Shown one piece after another: positions 28,305 through 38,704 of a stretch of DNA of 47,341 bases (its first letter is position 1; each line of letters begins with the position of its first letter). The translations under genes were made by a program, and so were the position numbers. The notes beneath the pieces are model-generated. The model worked only from the letters and a program-made list of their open reading frames with translations, searched no databases and was not told where the DNA came from. This DNA is from Polyangia bacterium (GTDB taxonomy: Bacteria > Myxococcota_A > Polyangia > JAAYKL01). The stretch is taken from contig JBNKCR010000081.1 of assembly GCA_050287845.1 (NCBI GenBank), positions 1 to 47,341 of the forward strand. The letters are read 5' to 3'.

Positions 28305-30734
28305 ATGTCGCGACTTCAGCTCATAATATCGGTATTCATTCTCGGAATTGCATCCTGTGCACTGCCTTTTTCCATACAGTTGGTGCTGTGCACTGTCTTT
28401 ACCGGTTTCATTCTGATGAAATTTCCGCTCAACACCCGAGTCATTCTTTTTCTGTCGCTGCTTACCGGCGCCACTATCTGCCGAAATCACGATGTCCCCG
28501 AAACGCCGCCCGTAAACGTCGCCTGTCGAAGAATTATTGATGCCATCATTGACGCTCCTCCGGGATACACCCGGGATCGAATTCAACTGAAACTGACAAC
28601 CCGTGCCATCTCACCGTGCATTCGAGGCAAAGAGGAAACCGGTATGTTTCCCCACGCCATGACCGGATATCTATCGCTTCAGCGAAATGACGACCCGCTT
28701 TTCTTCGAGGGGCAACACATCCGGTTTGTGGCCCACTGTCAGCCCCGACGCCGAACAGCCACTCGATTCAACCAGTCATCGTCCCCGGTGTATTATACTT
28801 TTCAACAGGTAGGCGCGAATGACATCGCCATTACATCGGCACCGGCCAATCCGCTCACCATCTGGCTGGCTCGCCATCGGAAACGAATCACCGATATATT
28901 TGAAACCCGCCTCGACCCCCGCGGATGCGCCTATGCCATCGCCCTGACCACCGGGCAGCGCGCCGCATTATCGGAAGACCAGAAAGCCGCATTCCGCATC
29001 ACCGGCACCGCGCATCTGCTCGCGGTCAGCGGCCTGCACCTGGGAATTCTCTCCCTGTTCACCTGGTATCTGCTGCTGTTCACGCTCCGACGAGTCCCCT
29101 TCATCTGCCGACGATTCAATATTCATCAGCTGTCGAGTATGGTAACCGTTCCCGTTCTCATACTCTTCACGCTGTTCACCGGTGCGAATCCGCCAGTCGT
29201 TCGGGCGTGCATCATGGCACTGGCCGTTCTGCTTACCCGAATACTCCACCGACAGGAACACACTGTTCAGGCCCTGATGCTGGCCGCCGGCCTCATGCTG
29301 GCCCATCGCCCCGGATTGTTGGTGAATGCCGGTTTTCAGCTCAGCTTCGCCTGTGTTTCGGCATTTCTCTTTTTTCAACGGCGCCACAATGCCATTCCGG
29401 AAGCCCGCAGCCACCATCGACTGCATGACCTGTTTCCTCCTGTCTCCAAACTGCCCGACCGGGTAATCGGGACCTTCCACCGGATTGCACCGTATTTCAA
29501 AAATCTGTTTTTCATTTCCGTGATAGCGTTCGTGGCCACCGCCCCCATTACCGCGTTTCATTTTCAGACCATTTCTCTTTCGTCCCCCATCGCCAACCTC
29601 TTGCTGGTTCCCCTGGTTTCCCTGATCATCATGCCAGTTCTGATTCTGGTGCTGATACTGTCAACCGGTTTTCCACAGAGTGCGGCACTCCTTGTTTCCG
29701 TGGCCAATCGTCCTCTGCTGCTGCTGGACTGGCTGGCCTCGAAACTGGCTGAATGGGCGCCGGTACTGTACGTGGATACCACCAGTGAACAGATTTGCAC
29801 CGGGGCTGCCGCCCTGGCATTGTTCCTGTTTCTCCGGAGACGCTATCGGGGAGGTGCGTTGCTGGCACTGGCCTGCGTTGCGGCCATCTTCGTTTCGGAA
29901 CTGATTCACGACCTGCGCCCCGGGCCGGCGGTGCTGACCGTTGATTTTTTCGACACCGGTCAGGGTGACGCCACCCTGGTCACCTTTCCCGACCGCACCC
30001 ACTGGCTGATAGATGCGGGTGGAACGGCCCGGAAGCGCATCGGAAAAGACCACATTGTCCGCATTTTAAGGGGAATGAATGTTTCTTCACTGGACAAACT
30101 GATTCTGACCCATCCCGACCCCGACCATGTGGCCGGTATCCCCGACATCCTGCAACAGCTGCAGGTACGGGAAATCTGGGAAAACGGTCAGGGCCGGGAC
30201 GAGCCGTCTCCGCCGGCATACCATCAGATGGTATCCATGGCATCCCGGATGAACATTCCCATTCGGCGGCACAGCGCGCTGTGCGGTCGTACACAGGTAG
30301 CCGGGGTTGAAGTTGAACTGCTCCATCCGTGCAATTCGACCCGATTATATTATCCCGAATTTTCATTCAACGACAACTCGATGGTGCTGAAATTCACCTA
30401 TGGCAAAAAAAGCGTGCTGCTGCCGGGGGACCTGAGTCGTGCAGGTGAAAACCATCTGCTCTCACAGGGGCATCGCCTCAGAACCGACATTCTCAAGTTG
30501 GGGCATCACGGCTCCGGGAGCTCGTCCACTGCCGACTTTCTGGGGCGCACTCAGCCTGGCTATGCCATTGCCAGTTGCGGGTTTTACAACCAGTATCAAT
30601 TTCCATCAGATTCCGTAAAAAAACGATTGGCACAAAGAAGAATTCGGCTGTTTCAGACCGATATTCATGGATGGATTCGGGCGCAGATTTCCGCTGGCGA
30701 GATAAGCATCGCTACACAAAAAGTCCTCCGATAA
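28305..30734 (+). CDS. comEC: DNA uptake competence protein ComEC/Rec2 (start uncertain)
   Basis: G.AHLLAVSGLHLG, RA.IM, GFQLSF; MBL domain DTGQGD, THPDPDH, NDNS.V, GD, HHGS. Confidence 0.93.
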   Translation: MSRLQLIISVFILGIASCALPFSIQLVLCTVFTGFILMKFPLNTRVILFLSLLTGATICRNHDVPETPPVNVACRRIIDAIIDAPPGYTRDRIQLKLTTRAISPCIRGKEETGMFPHAMTGYLSLQRNDDPLFFEGQHIRFVAHCQPRRRTATRFNQSSSPVYYTFQQVGANDIAITSAPANPLTIWLARHRKRITDIFETRLDPRGCAYAIALTTGQRAALSEDQKAAFRITGTAHLLAVSGLHLGILSLFTWYLLLFTLRRVPFICRRFNIHQLSSMVTVPVLILFTLFTGANPPVVRACIMALAVLLTRILHRQEHTVQALMLAAGLMLAHRPGLLVNAGFQLSFACVSAFLFFQRRHNAIPEARSHHRLHDLFPPVSKLPDRVIGTFHRIAPYFKNLFFISVIAFVATAPITAFHFQTISLSSPIANLLLVPLVSLIIMPVLILVLILSTGFPQSAALLVSVANRPLLLLDWLASKLAEWAPVLYVDTTSEQICTGAAALALFLFLRRRYRGGALLALACVAAIFVSELIHDLRPGPAVLTVDFFDTGQGDATLVTFPDRTHWLIDAGGTARKRIGKDHIVRILRGMNVSSLDKLILTHPDPDHVAGIPDILQQLQVREIWENGQGRDEPSPPAYHQMVSMASRMNIPIRRHSALCGRTQVAGVEVELLHPCNSTRLYYPEFSFNDNSMVLKFTYGKKSVLLPGDLSRAGENHLLSQGHRLRTDILKLGHHGSGSSSTADFLGRTQPGYAIASCGFYNQYQFPSDSVKKRLAQRRIRLFQTDIHGWIRAQISAGEISIATQKVLR

Positions 30735-30877
30735 TGTATTTTTTGTTGCCTTCCCCACTAAGCTCGGCTAAACATATCCCTTGACGTGTCAGCCAATTTC
30801 GGGTTGGACGGGTTTTTGGATAGACCATCAGACACGCATTGAACTATCAAATCCAAAATAAAGATTACGAGCCATTC

Positions 30878-31435
30878 ATGAAAAAAGAGATTTTTGATTT
30901 GCTGGCAAAGCTTTCTCCAGAGCTTGTGGCCGGCAGCAGCATTCCGAAACCGGTTCCGACAGCGGAAATTTCTGGAGAACTGGCGTTTTGCCTGGATGCA
31001 TTGATGAACACTGTCGGTGAACAGATGAACCTGTCGCCAGGTTCTGTACTGGAAAAAATTCTGACAACGGGAATCGAAAACTGGGTTTCCCAACTGCCGG
31101 ACACCACCAAAAGATTTATCGGCCTTTCCCCGAAAATTCGGCGGAACGCCACACTCCCGGTGGATGACGGGATGGATGACGACGATCCGGATCCCGCTCA
31201 TGCGCAACAGGCCGCATACGCACAAATGACAGAATCGTATGGGTATACCCCGCTGACGGCCCATGCAATGACCAAAAACGGCGCATCCAATGGTCGCGGG
31301 GATCAACGCGGCGGCAGCAGAAAAAACGGCAAATCCAAAAAGGTCCGGCCAGCCGGCAAAAGCCAGCATCCATCCAAAAAAAACAATTCGAGGCGACGGC
31401 GATATTCCCAGAACAAACCCCAGGCACAGGCCTGA
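30878..31435 (+). CDS. Hypothetical protein with a basic, low-complexity C-terminus
   Basis: ORF fills the intergenic gap; helical N-half, acidic patch, K/R/N-rich tail. Confidence 0.6.
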   Translation: MKKEIFDLLAKLSPELVAGSSIPKPVPTAEISGELAFCLDALMNTVGEQMNLSPGSVLEKILTTGIENWVSQLPDTTKRFIGLSPKIRRNATLPVDDGMDDDDPDPAHAQQAAYAQMTESYGYTPLTAHAMTKNGASNGRGDQRGGSRKNGKSKKVRPAGKSQHPSKKNNSRRRRYSQNKPQAQA

Positions 31436-31855
31436 TCGGCTGATATCGTCCTCTTGCCATCCCAGGATACAAACATCGGCCCCCCACTTCGTCAGCTTTC
31501 CTGAAGGAATGTGTGTTTCTGCGCAGTTGTATTATTTTTTGTCAACCATTTGACTTCCTGCGGCAGATCCGGATCAATGGAATAACCAATGTTAATGAAG
31601 TGTGTGCATTGAAGGTTCATCCCCTGGCTTTCCAGTTGCGGTATAGCGTCCAGATGAAAACACCGAAAGCCGCACCGCCTCAGGAATCCGCCCGGGTAAT
31701 CGATCCGGCCCCCCGGTAGGGCATTGGTTCTGCCATAAGCGCGGGATGTGAGTACGCATATGGCACGACAGTTTGAAGGTGGCGCTCAGCAGTTGCGGGC
31801 GTTTATTGAAAGAAACCGATTTACGCAAACCAGTTAGCACAGTGGAGGCACAAGT

Positions 31856-33322
31856 ATGACAGCGAGCAAAAATTTTCTGGAATCAAGCCCCTGGAGTGGC
31901 AAATTCTTTAACGGTGACTGGATTGATGCGCCGGCAATCAATGAGGTGATTGAACCGGCAACCCAGACCATTCTGACCAGAACCGGTCTGGCAGGTGCAG
32001 CCGACATTCTGACCGCCGCGTCCCAGGCAGCCCGGGCACAGAAAGAATGGGCCAGAACATCCGTTCGGGATCGGGCAACGGTATTTTTGAAGGCAGCCGA
32101 TTTCCTGCAGGCGCATTTCGATGAATTTTCCACCATCATCGCAAGGGAAACCGGGGGCATCATTCCCAAGGGGCAGCACGAAGTGCGGGAGGCCATTGTC
32201 CTGCTTCAGCTTGCCGCAGGCATGTGCTTTCAACCCGACGGCCTGACGTTACCGGCCAGCCCCGGCAAACTGTCCTATGCCCGCCGGATTCCCCTGGGGG
32301 TCGTCGGCGTGATTTCTCCGTTTAATTTTCCGTTATTCCTGTCATTGCGGTCCATTGCGCCGGCGCTGGCCACAGGCAATGCCGTGATTTCAAAACCCGA
32401 TCCCCAGACAAGTCTCACCGGTGGATACCTGATGGCGCTGGCGTTTGAAGCCGCCGGGTTGCCCAAAGGACTCTATCACGTACTCCCGGGAGGCGCCGAA
32501 GCCGGAGAAGCGCTCTGCAGCGCTCCGGAAGTGGCCATGGTCGCCTTTACCGGTTCCACGGCGACCGGACGAAAAGTCGGGGAAATCTGTGGCCGAAACC
32601 TGAAAAAAGTGGCCCTGGAGCTGGGCGGCAAAAGCTCACTCATCATTCTGGACGACGCCAATCTGGAACTTGCAGCCAAAAATATTGCCTTTGGCACCTT
32701 CTTCCATCAGGGCCAGATTTGCATGGCCTCCGGACGGGTGCTGGTACACGAAAAAGTGGCCGCAGAACTGACGAAACTGATGGTGGAAAAAGCCAATCAC
32801 CTGCCAGTGGGCGACCCGGCCGGCGGTCAGGTGGCGTTGGGCCCGCTGATCAACGCGAAGCAGGCTGAAAAAGTCGATGCAATTGTCCGGGACTCCATTC
32901 AATCCGGTGCCCGCCTGGAAGCGGGAGGCAAACGGGATGGCGTATTCTATTCTCCCACCGTGCTATCCAATGTGAAACCGGGGATGCGCTGTTTCAATGA
33001 AGAAATTTTTGGCCCGGTGGTGAATATCGTCACATTCAGTACGGATGACGAAGCCGTTGCCCTGGCCAATGACACGGAATACGGTCTGGCGGGTGCCGTC
33101 ATCTCCGCCGATATCAGCAGAGCCCGGAAAATCGGTGAACAGCTTCAGGTGGGCCTGATGCATATCAACGATCAGACGGTTGTGGATGAATGTGTCAATC
33201 CCTTTGGCGGATGCGGCATTTCGGGAAACGGAAGCAATATGTGCGGACCATCGGACTGGGAAACCTATACCCACTGGCAATGGGTCACCATCAAAGATGA
33301 GCCCCCCGCATATCCATTCTGA
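31856..33322 (+). CDS. Aromatic (benzaldehyde-type) aldehyde dehydrogenase
   Basis: ISPFNFP, FTGST, LELGGK, HQGQICM, EEIFGP and the C-terminus WVTIK..PP.YPF typical of the XylC/benzaldehyde subgroup. Confidence 0.9.
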   Translation: MTASKNFLESSPWSGKFFNGDWIDAPAINEVIEPATQTILTRTGLAGAADILTAASQAARAQKEWARTSVRDRATVFLKAADFLQAHFDEFSTIIARETGGIIPKGQHEVREAIVLLQLAAGMCFQPDGLTLPASPGKLSYARRIPLGVVGVISPFNFPLFLSLRSIAPALATGNAVISKPDPQTSLTGGYLMALAFEAAGLPKGLYHVLPGGAEAGEALCSAPEVAMVAFTGSTATGRKVGEICGRNLKKVALELGGKSSLIILDDANLELAAKNIAFGTFFHQGQICMASGRVLVHEKVAAELTKLMVEKANHLPVGDPAGGQVALGPLINAKQAEKVDAIVRDSIQSGARLEAGGKRDGVFYSPTVLSNVKPGMRCFNEEIFGPVVNIVTFSTDDEAVALANDTEYGLAGAVISADISRARKIGEQLQVGLMHINDQTVVDECVNPFGGCGISGNGSNMCGPSDWETYTHWQWVTIKDEPPAYPF

Positions 33323-33332
33323 TTCGTGCCCG

Positions 33333-34496
33333 CTATTTATCCAATCCCATGGCTGAAATCATGCCCTCGCCGTATCGGGTACCAAAGGTGCGATAGGAAT
33401 CCGAGGTGAAGTGGTAGTCGTCCACGCCCTGCAGACCTTCTGCAGATACCCAGTGGGCGTTGGAGAGCACATCCGGCAGTTGATGGATTAAATCGTTGTG
33501 CGCCTTACAGCAGCCGGTATACAGCAGCTCGCCGGCGATAAACGGAATGTCTGCGAGACCAAGGTCTGTCCGCAAATCCTCCACCATACCCTTCACTTTA
33601 TCCACCCATACGGCTCTCAACTCATCGGTCCAGTCGGATTCTCCCTGATGAAAAATGATGCCATCAATGACACCGCCGGCATCCTGCGCCAGTCTGGCCC
33701 GCTCCACAACCCAGTCATATGCGGAATCCCAGTGATTGTCCGGGGGAATGGTGAATTCACTGCGGCGTTCTGAAATCACGCCTTTTCTGAAGAAATCAAT
33801 ATCCACGCCGGGAATGGCGCAGGGCACCAGACCAATGGTATCCCCCTGGGGAAGGGCTTCAATCAGGGTTTTCGCAAACCAGTCTCCCGGTCCGATACCC
33901 GCCTGCCAGCAGGCATGGAGCGGTGGCGCCGCAATATCCCACTCATTGTATTTTCTGCCCGTAGACGCGCAATCATCGTATCCCAGCACCTGAATACGTT
34001 CATCTTCGGCACGGTCGGCATCGGTGATGGGCGTCGACCCTGCCGCCATGTTGGACTGACCAATCAGCAGATAGACATGAAAAACAGGCCCGGAATCCGT
34101 ATCCGTGTCTGTATCGGTATCCGTGTCTGTATCCGTATCCGTATCCGTATCTGTATCCGTGTCTGTATCAGTATCAGTATCCGTGTCCGTGTCTGTATCG
34201 GTATCCGTATCCGTATCAGTATCGGTATCAGTATCAGTATCGGTATCCGTATCAGTATCGGTATCCGTGTCTGTATCGGTATCCGTATCCGTGTCTGTAT
34301 CGGTATCCGTATCCGTATCACTGTCCGTATCGGTGTCTGTATCGGTATCGGTATCGGTATCACTATCACTGTCACTGTCACTGTCGCTATCTGTGTCCGA
34401 ATCAGAACTCTCCCCGGTGGAATTTTCGCCCGCGCCGCAACCCACCGCAGTAACCAGCAGCACTGTCATCCAAATATAAAAGGGTATTTTCATCAT
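33333..34496 (-). CDS. SASA/CE6-like acetylesterase lipoprotein with a very long Asp-Thr linker
   Basis: Lipobox AVGC; GQSNM, HQGESD and D.YH motifs. Confidence 0.88.
   Translation of the reverse strand: MMKIPFYIWMTVLLVTAVGCGAGENSTGESSDSDTDSDSDSDSDSDTDTDTDTDTDTDSDTDTDTDTDTDTDTDTDTDTDTDTDTDTDTDTDTDTDTDTDTDTDTDTDTDTDTDTDTDTDTDTDTDTDTDTDTDSGPVFHVYLLIGQSNMAAGSTPITDADRAEDERIQVLGYDDCASTGRKYNEWDIAAPPLHACWQAGIGPGDWFAKTLIEALPQGDTIGLVPCAIPGVDIDFFRKGVISERRSEFTIPPDNHWDSAYDWVVERARLAQDAGGVIDGIIFHQGESDWTDELRAVWVDKVKGMVEDLRTDLGLADIPFIAGELLYTGCCKAHNDLIHQLPDVLSNAHWVSAEGLQGVDDYHFTSDSYRTFGTRYGEGMISAMGLDK
34093..34405 (-). repeat. Coding (Asp-Thr/Ser)n repeat, about 50 dipeptides
   Basis: Hexamer GAY-ACN/AGY repeats with synonymous variation. 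Confidence 0.95.
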
Positions 34497-34770
34497 TTCT
34501 TTTCACCTGTCTCCTGACGATTGGGGGGTTCGAGATTCACTTGTACATATCAGTTTCCCGGACCCCCATTCAGACTCAATTTACTACTTCCCGGGACGCC
34601 ATGGCACCATCATTGACCGCCGGGTTGTTCTCCCGATTCGGTCGGGCGCCAGATACTGAAAGGATACATAACTATTCGAATTGACTTCAACCCAAATGTT
34701 TCAATTGCGTCATGGGGATGTCACATACGGGGGTCATATTTGAAGCAGGACAATAAACACGGAGAAAAAA

Positions 34771-35067
34771 ATGGAAAAAGCAACTGAAACCAAAGGCCGC
34801 ATTAAAGTGTATTTCGATTTGCGCAGTCTTCAGTCCGCGTCAGGCGTCAATGGCATCACCCGGCTGTTTGTAGAAAATGGTCGTAATGAGGAGCCCGGAC
34901 GGATCACCGTGAAACCTGCGTCTGATGCCGCCTACGAGTTGAAGGGATCGTTGAACTCCACTGAGGAAAAAGACATGGTGTTGTCATTTGTAAAAACCAA
35001 CCATCCCTACCGGGAACTCATTGACCATATCACGGTCAGCTCTGCGCAACATCATCACGCCGCGTAA
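34771..35067 (+). CDS. Small protein, BON-domain-like C-terminus
   Basis: GGAG RBS; ITV......L.G.L.S.EEK............LIDHITV pattern. Confidence 0.55.
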   Translation: MEKATETKGRIKVYFDLRSLQSASGVNGITRLFVENGRNEEPGRITVKPASDAAYELKGSLNSTEEKDMVLSFVKTNHPYRELIDHITVSSAQHHHAA

Positions 35068-35098
35068 CTTTTTGCAACATCAGGGCAAATTCACCCTC

Positions 35099-36040
35099 TC
35101 AGTTTTCTCTGCGCACCCCCGGTACATGCGTATCAAAATCAAGTATTTCAAGAGCTCCCCTCTGAATCCGGGTAATAAAATGCCGTGCGTCCGCGTCGGT
35201 ACGAAACAGGGCCACCACCGCATCACCACCGCCGGCGCCGGAGGGTTTGGACGCGCCGTTGCACTCCCGGGCAACTTCCGCGATTTGCTTCATTTCCGGC
35301 GTCACAATGCAAACACCGGCAGCGTCCCCCAGTGCAGACATTGCTTTTTCGTATGCGTCCGTAGATAACAGCAACCGGTCCACATCTCCAGCGCGATACC
35401 CCTTCGCCAATTCTGCCGCAAGCGCGACCAGGGGATTCATCACCGACGCATATTGCTCGGGCGAACGCTCTTTGAGGATTTTCACTTCTTCCACCAGCGA
35501 AATGGTGGATGCGGGTTTACCGGTCCACACAAACACTTTGCGAACCCCTTTGGCCCTGGACTGAAACACGGGACTGGATTTGGAAAAAATAATCGTCCCG
35601 CCATACACCGAGGTGGCCACATCGGCGCCGGATCCCTTGCCGTTCTGATACGCCCGATGGGCTCTGATCGCCACATCGCACACCGATTCCCGATATTCGT
35701 CCACCGGTAACCCGGCCCATTCAAAAAGTACACCGGCGGTGGATGCGGCAACTGCGGCGGATGAACCGATTCCCAACTTATGGGTGGCGGTGGAAAACCC
35801 CGTGCTATCAATATCCACATTGGGAAGCTGTCCCACATTCGCGCCGAACCTGGCGGACAGAAACCGGCCCACTTCCCGTTTCACATCCCGGATGAGCTGG
35901 GACTGCGGAATATTTTTTCGCACCGGTCTGGCCCAGACCCGTCTACCCACCGATACGACAACGGCCTCCGCACCTTCGAGCACTGCGTATTCACCGCTTA
36001 AAAAAAGCTTGCCCGGTGCACTTACAGAAATTCCATACAT
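35099..36040 (-). CDS. Phosphomevalonate kinase (GHMP family)
   Basis: APGKLFLSGEYAVL, KLGIGSSAA, GSGADVA, KPSGAGGGD. Confidence 0.85.
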   Translation of the reverse strand: MYGISVSAPGKLFLSGEYAVLEGAEAVVVSVGRRVWARPVRKNIPQSQLIRDVKREVGRFLSARFGANVGQLPNVDIDSTGFSTATHKLGIGSSAAVAASTAGVLFEWAGLPVDEYRESVCDVAIRAHRAYQNGKGSGADVATSVYGGTIIFSKSSPVFQSRAKGVRKVFVWTGKPASTISLVEEVKILKERSPEQYASVMNPLVALAAELAKGYRAGDVDRLLLSTDAYEKAMSALGDAAGVCIVTPEMKQIAEVARECNGASKPSGAGGGDAVVALFRTDADARHFITRIQRGALEILDFDTHVPGVRREN

Positions 36041-36954
36041 TACATCACCACCGAATAGCCCGCCTCATGAAAAACGCGTTCGTACCGGCCTCTCTCCCCC
36101 TCGTCTGGCAACAGCACCACCGCACATCCACCGCCGCCCCCGCCGGTCAGCTTGGCGCCCCGGGCGCCCGCGCGTCTGGCGATTTCACATACGCCGTTCA
36201 ACCCATCGCTGGAAACGCCGAACCACGCCAATAGCTGATGCGCTTCATTCATCCACCCACCAAGGGCATTATAGTCGCGCGTTTCAAGGGCCACCCGTCC
36301 CGCAGCAACCAGCTCACCCATCCGCTGCAGATGGTCCGGTCCTGTTGTATCATGCGTCAGTCGGTTGGCAAACTGTCGAACCGTCTGACCGGTGGCGCCC
36401 GGTGCACCCGAGTGCACAACCATGAGCGGGGGAACGGCCGCTGCCAGTGATTCATATCCCCGATGGCGGTTGTAAATACCACAGCCGGTTCTGGAAACCG
36501 CGCGAATATCCACTCCGGAAGAATTGTGATGAAACACATTTTCAAACGCCAGCACCGCGTCAAACAGACGTTTCTCCGCACACGTCAGACCCAGATAATC
36601 CAGCATCGCGCGGGCACATGCCAGCCCCAGCGACGCAGAGGCCCCCAAACCCGCCTGGGAGGGAATGGCCGCATGCACATTGAACGACAGGTGAACGTCC
36701 CGCAGGCCCAACGCGTCAAACATCCGAACCAGCGCGTCCATCAATGACGTCTCCAGTGACGATGCCCGTTCATTCGCGGCGCTCACCCGAACAGACCATT
36801 CGGCAATCTCCACAGAAAGGGTATCCGATTCGGTCACGTGGGCACGGACACCTTTGTCCATTCCCACCACCAGCGCATCGATGCCATGGACGACCCCATG
36901 CTCCCCAAGGAGGATCACTTTGCTTCCCGCGCTCCCAATTCCCGTCGCGGACAC
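36040..36954 (-). CDS. mvk: Mevalonate kinase
   Basis: KVILLGEH, IPSQAGLGASA, H..SSGVD, GAKLTGGGGGG. Confidence 0.88.
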   Translation of the reverse strand: MSATGIGSAGSKVILLGEHGVVHGIDALVVGMDKGVRAHVTESDTLSVEIAEWSVRVSAANERASSLETSLMDALVRMFDALGLRDVHLSFNVHAAIPSQAGLGASASLGLACARAMLDYLGLTCAEKRLFDAVLAFENVFHHNSSGVDIRAVSRTGCGIYNRHRGYESLAAAVPPLMVVHSGAPGATGQTVRQFANRLTHDTTGPDHLQRMGELVAAGRVALETRDYNALGGWMNEAHQLLAWFGVSSDGLNGVCEIARRAGARGAKLTGGGGGGCAVVLLPDEGERGRYERVFHEAGYSVVM

Positions 36955-36955
36955 C

Positions 36956-37993
36956 TCAAGTCTCCCGAAATGCCAGAAGTCTGTTCAACCAGAGCAGAAA
37001 CGTTTTTCCGGATTCCAGTCCAGAAAGGGGCTGTATCCCTTTTTCCACCTCCGCGCACAGGGTTTCGATGCGCTGCTCCACTTTTTTCCGGGCGCCGGAC
37101 TGCTGTATATATGCGAGAGCCTGATTGACTTCCACATCCCGCAGGGGGTCGCTTTTCAGAATGCCTTTGAGCACCATGCGATCTTCCACATTGAGGTGGA
37201 TCATGGCATCTTCAAGCAGCAAAGTTCGTTTGTTGTTGCGAAGATCGCTGCCCACTGGCTTGCCCGCGATTCCCGCATCACCGAACATCCCGATAATGTC
37301 ATCGCGATACTGAAACGCAATACCCATGGGACGCGCCAGCGCCGCAATCTGTTCCAGGGCTTCGTCGTCGGCGCCGCCCAGCGCCGCTCCCAGACAGAGA
37401 GGACCGATAGTGGTGTAGCTGGCGGTCTTTCGCTGAACAATCTCCCGGGGAGACGCGCTTGCCTGCAAATCCAGGGCCTGCCCCATCACCACATCCATAT
37501 GCATGCGGGAAAAAATCCGCTGTACCCTGCGGTACACATCATCGGAGCAATCGAGGCCGGCCAGCAGATACTCGTGGAGTGCGCAACCGAGATCCCCCGC
37601 CAGAATGCCCAGATGCATCCCCAGCGTCGGATGTCCGGTTTTTCGCTGCAGACTCGCATGCACCGATGGGCCGCCTCGCCGCATCGGATCCCCGTCCATG
37701 ATGTCATCGTGAATCAGAAAGTAGCTCTGCAACACTTCCATGGCGCATGCGGCATCGAGAAGGGCTGCGTTCTGCAGGGCTCCTTCCTGATACAGCTCAT
37801 ATCCCGCCACCATCAGCGCCGGTCGCAACCGTTTGCCACCGCGCAGGGTCAGGGTTTCGAGCTCCCGATTGATTTCCAGCGGGGGAACCGGAAAAAATAA
37901 CGGATGATAATTTTCGTTATTGAAAACGTCGTGAAACAGAGATTCCAGGCGCTCATCAATCACATAGGCAATGGAGGCAAATTTTTTCTTCAT
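36956..37993 (-). CDS. Polyprenyl (GGPP-type) diphosphate synthase
   Basis: GGKRLRP, LIHDDIMD...RRG, GQ.LD, KTASYT, AFQ.RDDIIG.FGD...GK..GSD. Confidence 0.92.
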   Translation of the reverse strand: MKKKFASIAYVIDERLESLFHDVFNNENYHPLFFPVPPLEINRELETLTLRGGKRLRPALMVAGYELYQEGALQNAALLDAACAMEVLQSYFLIHDDIMDGDPMRRGGPSVHASLQRKTGHPTLGMHLGILAGDLGCALHEYLLAGLDCSDDVYRRVQRIFSRMHMDVVMGQALDLQASASPREIVQRKTASYTTIGPLCLGAALGGADDEALEQIAALARPMGIAFQYRDDIIGMFGDAGIAGKPVGSDLRNNKRTLLLEDAMIHLNVEDRMVLKGILKSDPLRDVEVNQALAYIQQSGARKKVEQRIETLCAEVEKGIQPLSGLESGKTFLLWLNRLLAFRET

Positions 37994-38021
37994 AACCGTT
38001 CACGCGGGTTCACAGGTCGGG

Positions 38022-38591
38022 CTATTTTGAGCCGGAAGCCGGAGAAACACTGCCTTCTTTCCAGAAGCGAAACAGAATATATCCCCAGGAAACAACCACT
38101 CCCGGCCACGTGACCAGAACCGAGGGAAAGAGCGACGTGTTGGTCCAGCGCTTCAGATTCACATTATTGTGGTACTGATCAAATGTGCCCAGATGCGTGA
38201 ATTTATCAAATCCCACAATAAACAATCCAATCAGCCCCAGCCCCAGAAACATCAGAAACATCATCGATACCCAATCACTGTTTCCCCGAGCCGAAAAATA
38301 TCCCACCAGATATCCCATGCAGGCTGAGACCGGATACAGAAAAAGCGCCATGGCCGTCAGACCGGCCGGGATATTGCGGGTATCCACCAGATACATCCAG
38401 GACCAGTCGGGATAAAATCCATTGTAGTAAATTCCCACTGGCAGAAAGATAAGCAATTCCAGCATGAGCAACGCTGTGAAATATCGACTCTGAAAGACCG
38501 GCCGCTGCAGACTGCGAATCTGTATCCGGGCCGCCCAGGCCACCGACGCGCCTACCAGCATGTTCACAATGATGAGTCCGGGTATGGTCAT
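38022..38591 (-). CDS. Hypothetical integral membrane protein
   Basis: About 5 hydrophobic helices and a YPDWSWMYLVD motif. Confidence 0.75.
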   Translation of the reverse strand: MTIPGLIIVNMLVGASVAWAARIQIRSLQRPVFQSRYFTALLMLELLIFLPVGIYYNGFYPDWSWMYLVDTRNIPAGLTAMALFLYPVSACMGYLVGYFSARGNSDWVSMMFLMFLGLGLIGLFIVGFDKFTHLGTFDQYHNNVNLKRWTNTSLFPSVLVTWPGVVVSWGYILFRFWKEGSVSPASGSK

Positions 38592-38704
38592 ATTCCAGTA
38601 TTCCTCAGAACCAGCTATCGTATCGACATAAAAAGCAGATTAGCCCGAAAGTGAAATAACGGCAATCCGTCGGATGAAAAAAGAGACGTACCACAGCGCC
38701 GATT

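Noticed and set aside
31721..31776. Sigma54-like TGGCA motifs upstream of the aldehyde dehydrogenase (similar ones near 28276 and 34602)
   Set aside because: The -12 element is non-canonical or mis-spaced, or the match faces away from the gene.
33915..34517. Poly-SV and poly-IR ORFs (also at 16035-16400 and 46750-47001)
   Set aside because: Antisense or shifted-frame shadows of the Asp-X linkers.
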